DNA of 64,000 nucleotides from Myxococcota bacterium (GTDB lineage: Bacteria; Myxococcota_A; Bradymonadia; UBA7976; UBA1532). The stretch is taken from NCBI GenBank assembly GCA_036337435.1, contig JAYZEG010000001.1, forward strand, positions 96,001 through 160,000, in the 5' to 3' direction. The position numbers and the translations under genes were made by a program. How positions within the stretch are numbered: position 1 is the first letter of the stretch; each line of letters starts with the position of its first letter. Under the pieces are notes generated by a model. That model worked only from the letters and a program-made list of their open reading frames with translations. It was not told where the DNA came from and searched no databases. Positions 45,533-57,100 of the stretch are shown one piece after another.

Positions 45533-46771
45533 CTATGCGCCATACGCTGCGATAATGTCGAAGACTTCAGAGTCGGTCAAAACTCGATTTCGGCTTTTCG
45601 CAACATCGAGAATGTGTGCTGAGAGACCATCACGCTCTTCTACTTGATTGGTCTCCATCCAATACAAAACATTGGAAAGACCACTCATGTGACCGATTTC
45701 AATCGCTTGATTTTTTCCAAATAAGCCGGCTGGAACCCCGCTATAAATACGGTCAGCCAACCAATGATCACCTTTGCGCTGCGCTTTGATGACGGCCGCT
45801 GCATGAACGCCAGTAGCTGTTCTGAAGGCATCGTCGCCCATGACCGGATAACTCTGTGGGATCTCCCAATTACAAGCGCGACTCACCGTTTCGCACCACT
45901 CGACCAAACTGGTCAGGTCATTGTCTATCTCGCCCATAAGTTTGAAATTGATGAGAATCTGATCGAGAGCTGCATTGCCAACTCGTTCACCGATGCCAAG
46001 TGCAGTGCCGTGGATTCGATCTGCACCAAACTCAGCAGCAAAAATCGTGTTGCAGACACCGAGGCCACGGTCATTATGGCCATGCCAATCAATGCCGACC
46101 TCCTGACCGGACCCCTCGATGAGGTTACGCGTCCACCAAATCAGGTTGCGTACGCCATCGGGCGTCGCGTGACCCACCGTGTCGCACAAACAGAGTCGGT
46201 GAGCCCCTTTCTCAATGGCATTCAAGAACAAGGGCTGTAAGGTCTCTGGCCGACTTCTCACCGTATCCTCAGTAACGAAAGTGACTGGCAAACCTTCCCG
46301 ATGGGCAAAAGAAATCGCCTCTCCGCTGAACTTCATCAGACGTTCGAAATCCCAGTCCTCCGCATATTGGCGAATCGGCGAGGTGCCGAGAAAAGCCAAA
46401 ACCTCGATTTCAATTCCGACTCGTTGACTGATTTCAACGATAGGACGGATATCGTTGACATGGGTCCGTGCTGCACAGCTGGGCTGAATTTTCATATCCT
46501 GCTTCACGATTTCGCGTGCCAACGCTTCAACGTCGGCGACGGCACGTGACCCAGCCCCGGGCAATCCAAGATCAATGCTGTCGATCCCAAGGGCTTCTTC
46601 GAGTTCTAAAATTCGGATTTTATCGCTCAGCTGAGGGTCCGCGATCGACGGCCCCTGTATCCCATCTCGAAGCGTCTCATCGAGAAAACGAAGACCCGGC
46701 GCCAGGGACGAACGACGCCCCTTTAAATTCCAATTATAGATAAGTTGCGCTTCGGATAGCGAACGATTCAT
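45533..46771 (-). CDS. LeuA-family DRE-TIM metallolyase (2-isopropylmalate/homocitrate synthase-like, no regulatory domain)
   Basis: DETLRDGIQ, LCDTVGHATP, WHGHNDRG, GIGERVGN. Start 46771 overlaps the thiolase stop (TAATG). Confidence 0.9.
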   Translation of the reverse strand: MNRSLSEAQLIYNWNLKGRRSSLAPGLRFLDETLRDGIQGPSIADPQLSDKIRILELEEALGIDSIDLGLPGAGSRAVADVEALAREIVKQDMKIQPSCAARTHVNDIRPIVEISQRVGIEIEVLAFLGTSPIRQYAEDWDFERLMKFSGEAISFAHREGLPVTFVTEDTVRSRPETLQPLFLNAIEKGAHRLCLCDTVGHATPDGVRNLIWWTRNLIEGSGQEVGIDWHGHNDRGLGVCNTIFAAEFGADRIHGTALGIGERVGNAALDQILINFKLMGEIDNDLTSLVEWCETVSRACNWEIPQSYPVMGDDAFRTATGVHAAAVIKAQRKGDHWLADRIYSGVPAGLFGKNQAIEIGHMSGLSNVLYWMETNQVEERDGLSAHILDVAKSRNRVLTDSEVFDIIAAYGA

Positions 46772-47967
46772 TAAAGGGCCTCCACAATGACCGCAATCCC
46801 CTGTCCGCCGCCGATACAAGCACTGCCCAGCCCATAACGACCTCCACGCCGTTTCAACTCATAGAGAAGATGCGTTGTGATTCGTGTCCCTGAGGCACCA
46901 AGAGGATGACCCAAAGCAATCGCACCACCGTTGACGTTGGTGATCTCCCTGGGCAACTCTAATGCTTTTTCGCAGGCGAGGTATTGAGGTGCAAATGCTT
47001 CATTGACCTCGATGAGATCCATATCGCTTATGCTAAGTCCAGACCGGGCAAGGGCCGCACGCGCCGCCGGCACAGGCCCGATGCCCATGATCGTCGGATC
47101 ACATCCACTCACGCCCCAATTAACCAGACGTCCGATGGGACTCAAACTGTTTTTCTCAGCATAGGTCATCGTTGAGATAACCATTGCGCCGGCACCGTCA
47201 CAAATCCCGCTGGCATTACCGGCGGTAACGACACCGTCCTTTTTGAAGACTGGCCTGAGTTTTGCCATTTGTTCAACGCTTGCATCGGCCCGAGGATGTT
47301 CATCCACATCAAACACACTCGTCCCTTTTCGGGTTTTCAGTTCAATGGGCGCAATCTCCGCCTTAAAAAATCCATCATCGTTGGCCTTGCCCCAAGCTTG
47401 TTGACTTCGCTGAGCATATTGATCGCACTGTTCTCGGCTGATTTCGTATTTTTCAGCCAAATTCTCGGCGGTGATGGCCATTGGCATACCCGTGTAAGTA
47501 TCCGTCAAGCATGACCACAATGAATCTTCCATCTCTGGTGCTCGTCCTAAGGGGAAACCAGTCCGGGCCCCGCGAACAATGTGAGGTGCTTGCGACATCG
47601 ATTCCGTGCCGCCGACCAAAACCACGTCCGCATCGCCGCATAAGATCTCCCGAGCACCAGCGGTAATGGATTCAAATCCAGAACCGCACAGCCGATTGAC
47701 AGCAACCGCGGGCACTCTTTGAGGTAAGCCCGTTCTGAGTCCGATGTGCCGTGCAAGATAAATAGCGTCTTTGGATGTCTGCATGACGTTGCCGAAGTAA
47801 ACATGCCCAAAGTCATCTACATTCGCACCACTTTGAGCAATGGCGGCCTGCGCGGCATGAACGCCAAGGTCAGTTGCGCTCAATTTCTGAAGGCGTCCAT
47901 TAAAAGTTCCAAATGCAGTGCGCTTTGCACCCAAGAAAACAATATCCGTGCTGAGTTTATTGGCCAT
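46771..47967 (-). CDS. acetyl-CoA C-acyltransferase (thiolase)
   Basis: NRLCGSG, TAGNASGICDGA, EVNEAFA, NVNGGAIALGHPLGASG, ACIGGGQG. Confidence 0.96.
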   Translation of the reverse strand: MANKLSTDIVFLGAKRTAFGTFNGRLQKLSATDLGVHAAQAAIAQSGANVDDFGHVYFGNVMQTSKDAIYLARHIGLRTGLPQRVPAVAVNRLCGSGFESITAGAREILCGDADVVLVGGTESMSQAPHIVRGARTGFPLGRAPEMEDSLWSCLTDTYTGMPMAITAENLAEKYEISREQCDQYAQRSQQAWGKANDDGFFKAEIAPIELKTRKGTSVFDVDEHPRADASVEQMAKLRPVFKKDGVVTAGNASGICDGAGAMVISTMTYAEKNSLSPIGRLVNWGVSGCDPTIMGIGPVPAARAALARSGLSISDMDLIEVNEAFAPQYLACEKALELPREITNVNGGAIALGHPLGASGTRITTHLLYELKRRGGRYGLGSACIGGGQGIAVIVEAL

Positions 47968-48114
47968 CTCACCCGTCCTTCTTTATCGAAATAAAACAAT
48001 GACCGTCGAATGCTCACTCCGGTCAGACAGCGCAGTTTAGCCAGATCAGGACCCGTCCGTCCAGCCCGACCCGCCATCGAGTCAACGTTCAGAGTGTCAA
48101 AAGGATTTTGGCCG

Positions 48115-49065
48115 TTAAAACGATTCGTCAGAAATCGGTAAATAATAGAGATCCGATGCCCACTTTGATGGCTGTTTATCCACGTTCATAACACCCTCTA
48201 GATGTTGAATCATGCGGCCGCAGCGTGCCATCAACGATATGGCACCTGGCACACCGGTTCGAGTGGTCGAAATCACAACACTGGATGTCCCCTCCGGCAG
48301 CACGTTCCGATACGCTTGAACGTAATTAAGGTCAGCGGGTAGACAGCAGAAAATGAAGCAGGTCGCTAAGGGATTATATCCATTTGCATAGGCGTGCGAG
48401 AATTCTCGCGGATCGATGACTCGGGTTGGTCCCAAGCCCATCTCAGAGATACGAATTGATAAATCAAGTCCGGCAGGTCGTGCCAGACCGGCGGCAAAGA
48501 TCACGTAGTGAGTACAGTCGCCCAATTGGACTTGTTGAGGGACCCGGACGGAATAGTACGGTGCAAATGGGCCACTTTGACCATTCACGACCGCCGCGAG
48601 CACAGTGTATGGGATCAGACGACAAATCGGAGGGACTGTGAGCGTTTTGAGACGCCGGTCGAGGACAATGGCCTCATTGTCAGGTGCATACTCCCTCATC
48701 ATTGATACCAGAGGTGCATCCACCGACTGGACGACAGCATGCACTGGGCTGTCGAGCTTTAAGGCATAGCGAAACGTCTTGAGAATATCATGGTGCCGAC
48801 CTCCCCGGGACAGTAACAGTGTTCTGGTGTTGGGTGGAAGACGTCGACGCCGATATGTGTAAGGACTTAACGCCCATGCAGGGTGTCCTGACCGCTCATG
48901 CAACCGAGCCCATAAATCGGCTACCGGTCTCAAAGTACCGGCTGTGACGATGGCGAGCGGACCCGCAAGAGCCTTGCGAAATCTGTGCATTCTCCAGCCG
49001 ACAAGGTTGGACTCTACGGCCTGACAAATCGCAATGGGCGACCCAGGGGACTTCTTATTGGTCAT
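48115..49065 (-). CDS. degenerate double-SIS (sugar-isomerase fold) protein
   Basis: LLLSRGGRHHDIL...AL (SIS S-x-x-G loop) and ISEMGL....IDPREFSHA (resembles the second GlmS SIS 'E...EFxHG'). Confidence 0.5.
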   Translation of the reverse strand: MTNKKSPGSPIAICQAVESNLVGWRMHRFRKALAGPLAIVTAGTLRPVADLWARLHERSGHPAWALSPYTYRRRRLPPNTRTLLLSRGGRHHDILKTFRYALKLDSPVHAVVQSVDAPLVSMMREYAPDNEAIVLDRRLKTLTVPPICRLIPYTVLAAVVNGQSGPFAPYYSVRVPQQVQLGDCTHYVIFAAGLARPAGLDLSIRISEMGLGPTRVIDPREFSHAYANGYNPLATCFIFCCLPADLNYVQAYRNVLPEGTSSVVISTTRTGVPGAISLMARCGRMIQHLEGVMNVDKQPSKWASDLYYLPISDESF

Positions 49066-49230
49066 AGTCCCTCAGCATCGTCACTAACCCAGATGGTTCA
49101 ACATGACTGTCCGAGTGTGGAATTCGGCGACATGGAGACCATCTCATTCGCAATTGAATTGAATGCGCCGGGGATTGAAATTGAGACAACGGGGGCATAC
49201 TGACGGATATGGCATCCATTGCGTTCAAAT

Positions 49231-50121
49231 TCACTGTGTCAACGGACTGTACCATTCTACCTCCAAGATCGGGCCCCGCACAACACACCCCATGTCTGCT
49301 CCCCGTCGAATGGATCTCAGTTCAAGCCGCGCGCCACCCGGATGTCCTAAGCGTTGATTCGGTCCTTCGCCCCCTCGTTTCAGATACCCATGGGCTAATG
49401 CTGACTTAACCACTTGTGCGACATTTTCATCCTGAGCATAGCCATTGTGATACAGCATCTGCAAACGCACCGTCACCTCATCTGCTGTAACCATCAATTC
49501 GCTCTCGATCACTCGGCGTGTTGACCGAACCGATGTAGATGATCGGAGCCATTTTGGAACCACACGATCAAGCTTCAAAGGTTTTGGCTTTCGACATTTC
49601 CTCGGTGTTTTCGGCGGCTTCGGGCGACGATACCAATTGAGTTTAACGTCGGTTTGCCGGACCATTCCTGGCGGAGCGACAACACGGTCTATCGCCAACG
49701 ACCAGCCCTTGAGCGGACCCTCATTTTTCTGGTCACGAGCAGGCATTTTCACACCTTTGAGCCCCACTTTAACCAAGGCGTCACCCAAGGCGCGATCAAC
49801 ATCAGCGTCAAGTCCGAACAGTCGAAAATGGAGCTCGATATCTTGAGTACCATTGCGAGCGGTCTGGTGCGTAGTCTGCGCGTGCTGAATGGAAATCGGC
49901 TTTGCCTCGAGCCCCTCGAGAAACCGAGTCCACCGTTTTGGTAAGATCTTTGGAACTGGAGCTGGGATGCGATTATTGAATCTCTCTAATCTTTCGGTCG
50001 CAGAAAGACCTGTCTCTGTCTTTTGTTCGACCTTTTGGGGACCGACGGGTGCATCAGTGGAGGAACAGCCTGGGCTGAGCAGTAGACAACTTAAACCCAG
50101 GCAAAGGAGCAGTGAATTCAC
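49231..50121 (-). CDS. basic lipoprotein of unknown function
   Basis: Signal peptide with LSPGC. GTGA-coupled to the exonuclease. Confidence 0.7.
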   Translation of the reverse strand: MNSLLLCLGLSCLLLSPGCSSTDAPVGPQKVEQKTETGLSATERLERFNNRIPAPVPKILPKRWTRFLEGLEAKPISIQHAQTTHQTARNGTQDIELHFRLFGLDADVDRALGDALVKVGLKGVKMPARDQKNEGPLKGWSLAIDRVVAPPGMVRQTDVKLNWYRRPKPPKTPRKCRKPKPLKLDRVVPKWLRSSTSVRSTRRVIESELMVTADEVTVRLQMLYHNGYAQDENVAQVVKSALAHGYLKRGGEGPNQRLGHPGGARLELRSIRRGADMGCVVRGPILEVEWYSPLTQ

Positions 50122-50675
50122 TCCAATCGATCCAATAGGTGTTCAAGCAAGTCTCGGGTTGCAACCGCATCGCCCAGTGCGGTGTGCCTTAACTCACTCG
50201 GAGGCTCGATATCAAAATGAGCAAATGCGGCGTCAGACCCGGTGACATGGGCGGGCAGACGACCCACTGCAATCAGACCCCACATCAAGCTATGAGTATC
50301 GAGGGTTCGATGAGAGAAACATTGTGGGACCGGTCGGCCAACCATGGTGTAAAGCCGTCGCATGAAAGCCAGGTCAAATGCGACATTGTGACCACAGACC
50401 ATCGGCCGACCATCTGGATGCACCTGGTTCAAAAATGCATCGACTTGCTCGCAAGCCTGCTCTGGAGATACACCGTTCGCGGCCACGACCGCCGGATCGA
50501 GACGGTTGACGGCCAACGCTCTCGGATCTGAGATAATCTGTGGTTCGGCCACGGTGATTTCAAGTTGTTTAAGACCATCACCACTCACCAGACCAATCGT
50601 CATCAAACTGTGTTTGAGCGGATCCAACCCACCTGTCTCGGTATCGATAATCATTACATTGTTTAGTCGGTTCAT
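50118..50675 (-). CDS. DEDDh 3'-5' exonuclease (DnaQ/RNase T-like)
   Basis: IIDTETGG, GHNVAFD, LDTHS, HTALGDA. Start moved to ATG 50675. Confidence 0.92.
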   Translation of the reverse strand: MNRLNNVMIIDTETGGLDPLKHSLMTIGLVSGDGLKQLEITVAEPQIISDPRALAVNRLDPAVVAANGVSPEQACEQVDAFLNQVHPDGRPMVCGHNVAFDLAFMRRLYTMVGRPVPQCFSHRTLDTHSLMWGLIAVGRLPAHVTGSDAAFAHFDIEPPSELRHTALGDAVATRDLLEHLLDRLE

Positions 50676-50830
50676 TTGACGAATATGCCACCAAGTTGCA
50701 GTAAGTGAAAGAGCCGATAATGAGCAGTGGCTGCACCCAATGTCACGAGCCATTGTAAAATTGCAGCTCAACCAGACGATTTGGATTAACGACCGTTGAC
50801 TGAAGCGCTTGAACACATTAATCGATTGGC

Positions 50831-51505
50831 ATGACATGTATACTTCTGGTCGACGATGAACCGGCCATAACAGAAAGTCTTGCCTACGCATTCGAACGCG
50901 TCGGTATTAAAAGTTTGAGTGCCAGCTGCTTGAGTGATGCGACACGGTTGTTCGAGTCGGAACTCATTGACCTGATCGTTCTCGACCTGGTTCTGCCGGA
51001 CGGGAATGGTCTCGATTGGCTGAAAAAAATTCGTGCCTACTCACAAATTCCCGTCATCATTCTCTCGAGCCATGATGAAACCGTCGACCAGGTGGTTGGA
51101 CTCGAGGTCGGTGCCGATGATTATGTGGGTAAACCATTTTCACCCAGGGCGATGATCGCGCGTGTCCGCGCCGTGCTCAGGCGGACTGAGACGACAGGTG
51201 TTAGCGTAACCAATGGAGTCCGGATAGACACCAATCGACGGCAGGCGTATTTGGATGAGCAGGCACTTCCCCTGTCGCGAACTGAATTTGACTTACTCCA
51301 TTTATTCCTGAACGACCCTGGACGGGTTTTCGAACGCGACGATATTCTGACCGCCGTTTGGGGACCAGATGTGTCTGTGACCGAACGAACCGTTGACGTT
51401 CACATCAAAAGTCTAAGAAAAAAATTGGCGGCAGCAGGCCAGGTTAGCGGACTCATTGAAACCGTCCGCGGTGTTGGCTATCGACTGGCTGAAACCGCGA
51501 ACTAG
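50831..51505 (+). CDS. OmpR-family response regulator (CreB-like)
   Basis: LLVDDE, LDLVLPDGNG, GADDYVGKPF, winged helix ERTVDVHIKSLRKKL, IETVRGVGY. Confidence 0.94.
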   Translation: MTCILLVDDEPAITESLAYAFERVGIKSLSASCLSDATRLFESELIDLIVLDLVLPDGNGLDWLKKIRAYSQIPVIILSSHDETVDQVVGLEVGADDYVGKPFSPRAMIARVRAVLRRTETTGVSVTNGVRIDTNRRQAYLDEQALPLSRTEFDLLHLFLNDPGRVFERDDILTAVWGPDVSVTERTVDVHIKSLRKKLAAAGQVSGLIETVRGVGYRLAETAN

Positions 51506-51508
51506 TCC

Positions 51509-52657
51509 ATGTTTAGTCGCGAATTTCTTCTTCTCTTTGGCGGCTTGATCGGTCTGGTCGGATTTGCCTTCGTTGGCAGCCGCTTCGTCCGTGCGTTCAG
51601 TCATGGCTTTTCGATTCGGTTGCAATTATTTTTTGCGATCTGGACCACATCGATGGTGGCGACTGGAATGATCGGAGCTTGGGTCATTGATCGCCTCCAA
51701 GTGCGGGCGGCTGAACTGGCTTTGTCAGAAGACACAGCTGTGGGTGTGGTCCTCGAGATCATTCGAGAGTTTGGCCCAAAAATCGCCCTGATAACGACTT
51801 TGTTGGCCATCGGTGCAGGCAGTGCAGCATACTTTTTCGGGCGGGCTGTTGCAGAGCCGATTGAACGGCTAACCAGGGCCGCAGATGCCATCGCACGCGG
51901 GGATCGTCATGGCGCATTACCGAAGCCATCAGGACGAGAAGTGCGACAGCTGACGGCGGCTTTCGATTCCATGCGACGCTCCTTGGAGGACAAAAACCAT
52001 ATCGAACAATTCGTCGCCGACTTGTCCCACGAGCTCAAGAATCCTGTCTCAGCCATCAGAGCCGCAACAGAGGTCTTGAATGAGGGGGCCATTGATGAAC
52101 CGGATGCTCGGGACCGATTCTTAGGTCGAATCGACGAGGCAAGTCATCGGCTGGAACTCCTACTCAACGACTTGCTGTCTCTGGCCCGACTGGAAGCCGG
52201 CGGCATCGAACCTGAGCGAAACTCACACTCCCTCGACGGGTTGGTTCGTCTTGCAATTGAGGGGTTGGCTGCCGAGCGTGAAGCAAAGGGATTAGAAATC
52301 ATTGAACAGCTTAAGCCCATTCGCATTAAGGGTGACGGACCCTGGATTCGAAGAGCCATCGAAAATCTCGTCGTCAACAGCATCCGATACTCACCGCCCG
52401 GGGGCCAGATTCTTATCGAAGCCAAGACGGATGGAGAACTCGCAGTCATTCGTGTCACTGACGAAGGGCCTGGCGTTCCAGCAGCATTTCAAGACCGAAT
52501 CTTTGAACGCTTTGTCACGGACCGAAAGGAATCCGATCAAACAGGCCTTGGCTTGGCGATCGTCCGCAGCGTCGCGGAGCTGCATGGTGGCAGGGCACGT
52601 CTGATTTCCCAACCGAATTCTGGTGGTTGCTTCGAATTCAGTATTCGGACCAGCTGA
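51509..52657 (+). CDS. HAMP sensor histidine kinase (CreC-like)
   Basis: About 3 TMs, HAMP, DLSHELKNP H-box, NLVVNSIRY, DEGPG, FERF, GLGLAIV. Confidence 0.93.
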   Translation: MFSREFLLLFGGLIGLVGFAFVGSRFVRAFSHGFSIRLQLFFAIWTTSMVATGMIGAWVIDRLQVRAAELALSEDTAVGVVLEIIREFGPKIALITTLLAIGAGSAAYFFGRAVAEPIERLTRAADAIARGDRHGALPKPSGREVRQLTAAFDSMRRSLEDKNHIEQFVADLSHELKNPVSAIRAATEVLNEGAIDEPDARDRFLGRIDEASHRLELLLNDLLSLARLEAGGIEPERNSHSLDGLVRLAIEGLAAEREAKGLEIIEQLKPIRIKGDGPWIRRAIENLVVNSIRYSPPGGQILIEAKTDGELAVIRVTDEGPGVPAAFQDRIFERFVTDRKESDQTGLGLAIVRSVAELHGGRARLISQPNSGGCFEFSIRTS

Positions 52658-52669
52658 CCGAAGATGGGT

Positions 52670-53230
52670 TCAGCGAGACTCGGATTGCCCGCCAAATTGC
52701 TCCTCGTTTTTCGCTCGAATAAACTCTAACAATTGCGTTTGCGATTTGGGATTGGACAAAAGGCCAAGAAGTGAATGGAATTTTTTACGGTCGATCACGC
52801 GAAGATAGAGCGTTTTGAGGCTTGCTAAGCGATGGTTCTCATCGGTGATTAACCCCATCAGCTGATGAACCTGCTGAGTCGTGAAGAAATGGTCTTGAGC
52901 CGCCACTTGGAGCACCGTTCTCTTACTCAACTGAGAGTCGATTGAGCGCATACTGTTCTCGATTTGGACGAGTTCCGATTGGGTTGCAGGCCGGCGCGGG
53001 GCTGCTTTCGTCCGAACACACTCTGATCCCCCGTAGCGACTCAAGAGCGTATCGAGACCGGAGGCCAATTGCTGGCGCACCATGGTATCAGGCACGCGCT
53101 GCGTGAGTTTTTTTAGAGCACCGACGTCCAGACGTATACTGGAATCAATAATCTCGTTCTCGTCTGCAAATGAATCCGTGGGTAAACCCAGAAACGATAA
53201 GATGATGAAAAAGCGAAAATGGAGTGCCAT
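52670..53230 (-). CDS. secreted DUF4476-like protein
   Basis: Signal peptide from MALHFRF (GAGG RBS), FFTTQQVHQLMGLI..ENHRLASLKTLYLRVIDR motif. Confidence 0.65.
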   Translation of the reverse strand: MALHFRFFIILSFLGLPTDSFADENEIIDSSIRLDVGALKKLTQRVPDTMVRQQLASGLDTLLSRYGGSECVRTKAAPRRPATQSELVQIENSMRSIDSQLSKRTVLQVAAQDHFFTTQQVHQLMGLITDENHRLASLKTLYLRVIDRKKFHSLLGLLSNPKSQTQLLEFIRAKNEEQFGGQSESR

Positions 53231-53348
53231 TGTTTTTCCTCTTTCGAGTGGCAATACTGCGGATTGTGTATGCTCAACACCGGACGAGGGTCTCATCATT
53301 CCATTGGGGAGTGCAAGCATCGCACGGTAATACAAAACAGGAGTAGAC

Positions 53349-54149
53349 ATGAGTGTCAGCGCGATATTTCGTCATGACTTACTGAAGGATAAGAACATTA
53401 TCGTGACCGGTGGCGGTTCAGGAATCGGACTGGAAATCGTGAGAGAATGCAGCCGTTTAGGTGCTAATTTAGCCATCGGCGCAAGAAAGATCGAGCGATT
53501 GGAAGCGGCTCGCGATGAACTGTTGGCTGCGGGTAATCAGGCTTACGCAGCAGCTTTAGACATCAGAGACCCAGACGCTGTCTCGGCCTGGGTCGAAGAC
53601 GTATCAGCCCGCTGGGACGGCCGTATTGACGTCCTAGTCAATAACGCAGGTGGGCAGTTTCCGTCACCGGCCGCAGCCATTCGTCCCAAGGGTTGGCGTG
53701 CTGTCGTGGATACAAATCTCAACGGAACCTGGTTTATGACTCAAGCCGTTGGTCAGAAGATGATGAAGACCGACGGAGGCAAAATCATCAACATCGTTGC
53801 AAATATGTGGCGAGGTTTTCCAGGTATGGCGCACACTGGAGCAGCTCGTGCAGGTGTTGTTAATCTGACAAAAACCCTAAGCCTGGAGTGGGCACGACAT
53901 AATATCCTAGTGAACGCAGTGGCCCCGGGCGTCATTCGCTCAAGTGGCTTAGATACCTATCCCGAAGCAGTGCGAGCCTCGGTCGAGACCGAGGTGCCCA
54001 AGCACATCCCGCTCAAACGATTAGGCACGATGGATGATGTGGTTTGGTCCGTCGTCTATTTGGCCTCTCAAGCAGGTAACTACATTACCGGTGAGACAAT
54101 TTGCGTCGATGGCGGACAAGCCCATTGGGGGACTGTATTTCCAGTTTAG
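53349..54149 (+). CDS. SDR oxidoreductase (trans-2-enoyl-CoA / 2,4-dienoyl-CoA reductase-like)
   Basis: VTGGGSGIG, LVNNAGGQF, HTGAARAGV, VNAVAPG, ITGETICVDGG. Confidence 0.92.
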   Translation: MSVSAIFRHDLLKDKNIIVTGGGSGIGLEIVRECSRLGANLAIGARKIERLEAARDELLAAGNQAYAAALDIRDPDAVSAWVEDVSARWDGRIDVLVNNAGGQFPSPAAAIRPKGWRAVVDTNLNGTWFMTQAVGQKMMKTDGGKIINIVANMWRGFPGMAHTGAARAGVVNLTKTLSLEWARHNILVNAVAPGVIRSSGLDTYPEAVRASVETEVPKHIPLKRLGTMDDVVWSVVYLASQAGNYITGETICVDGGQAHWGTVFPV

Positions 54150-54184
54150 CCGATAGAACCGAACATGTGAGGAGAGGCTTAGAA

Positions 54185-57100
54185 ATGCGGTCGAGGTGGC
54201 CCAGTCTCGGACGGTGTGGCAGCTACGAAAGCGCGTTGATGTGTCTGTTTTTCGGGCTCATGATTGGCATGCTTCTCGGCTGTGACGAGCAACAGCCAGG
54301 CCCAGAGAGAGACGCACAGCCCGTTTGTTCGCCCAGCCCATGCAGCGATAGCGCACCTGGTGATGTTGATAACATGATCGACCAGGGACGCAGACATGGT
54401 GAGCCATTAGATGCCTTCACCGATGGACGAGACGCGGGTCTCACGGGACCGGATGCCGACCCTGAATCTGGTGTGGCTGACGTTTGCGAAGCGATCCCAC
54501 TCGAACCCGGCGACTCCCGTCTCGAGAATGCCAGCCGAATTGAGCAATTAGCGACCGGTGGACCGCTCGTTGACGGCGAGTGGTGGGTTGGCGACCTAGA
54601 TGGTACGCCCGATGGACTCGGCGAGCTTTTGGTTATCCGAGGCGGTCGAGTCGAAGCACTGGAACTCAACGGGCGACCCTGGTGGCGAACAGAAAACATC
54701 AACGCTGTCAGAATTGAGCGCATCACGGACTTAAATGGTGACGGGCGTCTCGAGATTGTGGTCGTGACCGCACGGCGAGTTTACATCTTAGATGCATTGG
54801 ACGGACATCCGCTGTGGGTCTTGCCGGACGAGAGTTTTGGAACGAACGCCCCCGTTCGAATCAGTCGAATTCTCATCGATGATTTTACCGGTGATGAAAT
54901 TCCAGACATTTATCTTGTCGACGGAGGCTGTAATGATGAAGGCAGCGGCCGGGGCGCAAGCTTTGAATTTGCAAACGACGCTTTTGGTCGGCAGATTGCT
55001 CTGATTCAAGGCGATCGCGTCAACGGTCGTTGTGGACGCTGGCAGACGCTTATGGACGGCAATGGTGACGGATTGAAAGATCTGTTAGTCACCGATGGCC
55101 GGGGTCTGAATCTCTTCGACTTGCGGACGGGTGATCGACTGAGTTGTGGTTCGATGTCAGGCGCCCCACCCAATGGACCACTGCCTCATCTTTCAGCGGG
55201 CGAAAGTCGACAATTCGTCTTCGCGGAAAACCACATTCAGCTCCAAGAAGTCAGACCTGCTCAGGACAATGAATGCGACGCACCGTACGAGTTTGAGACC
55301 CTCTTTCAGACGCCGAATTTAGAGGGCATACATCCGCCTGGCAGTGCCGTCATCTCTAATCCGAGACTCGGAGGAGACGCAATATTGACCTCGATATGGG
55401 ATCATGGCCAGGAGCGATGGCGTGTCGAGATGTTCGGTTCACAAGGACAAGAAACACTCTATCAAAATGGCATTCTCCTGGGGGTTATCGATTCGAATGC
55501 CACTGGGTTAAGTCTCTTGGTTCGACAAACGCCGACTCGAGAGATCGGCCAATACACGGGTCGATGTCTCGTCTTGGAATATGACCAAGAAGGACAACGT
55601 CAATCTGAGAGACCCTTGGGGTTTTGTGAACCGTTGCGAAGCCCTTCAGGTCCGAGCGCATCCCCCGAATTCAGGCCACTGGCAACGGTTGACCATGGAC
55701 AGTCCGCCTCCGTGGCCACTTTAAGTTGGCCCGACGATCAAGTGAGAGCAGTCTGGCCGGATACGATTCGAATTGGAGCCGTTGACGTCGCTCAACATAT
55801 GGATTCCAAGGGGATCGCCTCGGCGTCGATCGTCCAGCCAGCGGTTGGCGACGACCAGCGTGTCATTCACTACGCCTATTCCAGTGCCGACGGCCGTATC
55901 GGTTTTTTGGACCCGTCTATGAACTTGACACAACGGGATCTATTCGATGGGGGACCCGCACTCTATCTGGCAACAGGCCTGAGCAACGTATTTGAATTAA
56001 GTGGTGCACAGGGTTCTCGTCTGATCAGTCTCAGTGAAACCGGTGAGATGACTCGATTCGAGTACCAAAATGATCGGTTTGTTCGCATCTGGAGCCAATC
56101 GCTTGGAATGCCGAGCAGGGGCACCTTCAGTCTACAGCTCGATTCAACCGGAACGCCTCCATTGATTGTAACGCGCCATCCAAAGCTCGGTGAAGATGCC
56201 ATCTCTGGGTTTAATGCAATCACTGGAGACCTGGTCTGGTCCCATTCAAGTCAGCACTTTGGGTTGAAAACAATGAGACAACACAAACTCATCACAAGCG
56301 AACTGAGTGATGCCCCTCTTGTTTTAAGGTACGATCGACAGCGACTCGAACGCGAGCTCGTTCCGGATCCAACGTGTCCAGTCATTCACCAAAGTGAAAA
56401 CCCGTCTCCGGACCCTGAATGCCCTGATGCGCCGGTGTTGATGCGGGTTGTCACAGCACTTAATGCAGCAGACGGCAACTGTGTTTGGCAGACGATCATC
56501 CGACCGACTTCATCATGCAGCGGTCCATCGAACCAATCACTCAGCCTCAATTACCCCCTCGCTTATATTACAGAATCGACGGGTATCGTCGCGCTGGATG
56601 TTGACACAGGTGGACTCGTTACTCGGGCGGATCTTGGTCGATTAGACGGTGGCATTACTGGTCGCGGCGGTGGCAAAATTTCTGCAGGTCCGGCGGATGA
56701 TGGGCTCTACAGGACAGGTGGAAATGGACCGCCCGAGAGGTTTGATCAAGCGCTCAATTTGACCTGGCGCGCTGCATCCATCGATGGTCTCCGAGGTCAA
56801 TCTTGGCTCTATCGACAAGCCCTTGTGGTGGGTGCCCATCTCTGGGTCTCGCCTGGTTCTGGATGGCCTATCTTTCGCTACAACAGAGCCGATGGATCTG
56901 AACTAAACGTGCTTGCCTTGAGCAATGGAGCTGCCGTACCCAACCCCATGAACGGTGCCCATTACGAGGACATTCAAACTATGCAACTACAGTCCGATAT
57001 CGATGGAGTAGGGACACCCGGAGTTTTGGTGACCACCGATGGAGGATTTCTTTACGGCATAACACATGATGCCACGGTTGCTTGGTCACGAACGTTCGAA

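Noticed and set aside
45533..47967. Thiolase + LeuA-like pair as a secondary-metabolite cluster
   Set aside because: No carrier protein, PKS/NRPS, aconitase or dehydrogenase partner nearby. Both genes are common in primary metabolism.
49055..49288. 77-aa ORF between the SIS-like gene and the lipoprotein
   Set aside because: It overlaps both neighbours and has no motif or RBS. Likely intergenic sequence.
50676..50891. N-terminal extension of the exonuclease ORF (similar extensions at 2508, 17266, 31388, 46819, 53350, 54101, 62172)
   Set aside because: These are longest-ORF artefacts, most overlapping neighbouring genes. Downstream starts fit the RBS, signal-peptide or coupling evidence better.
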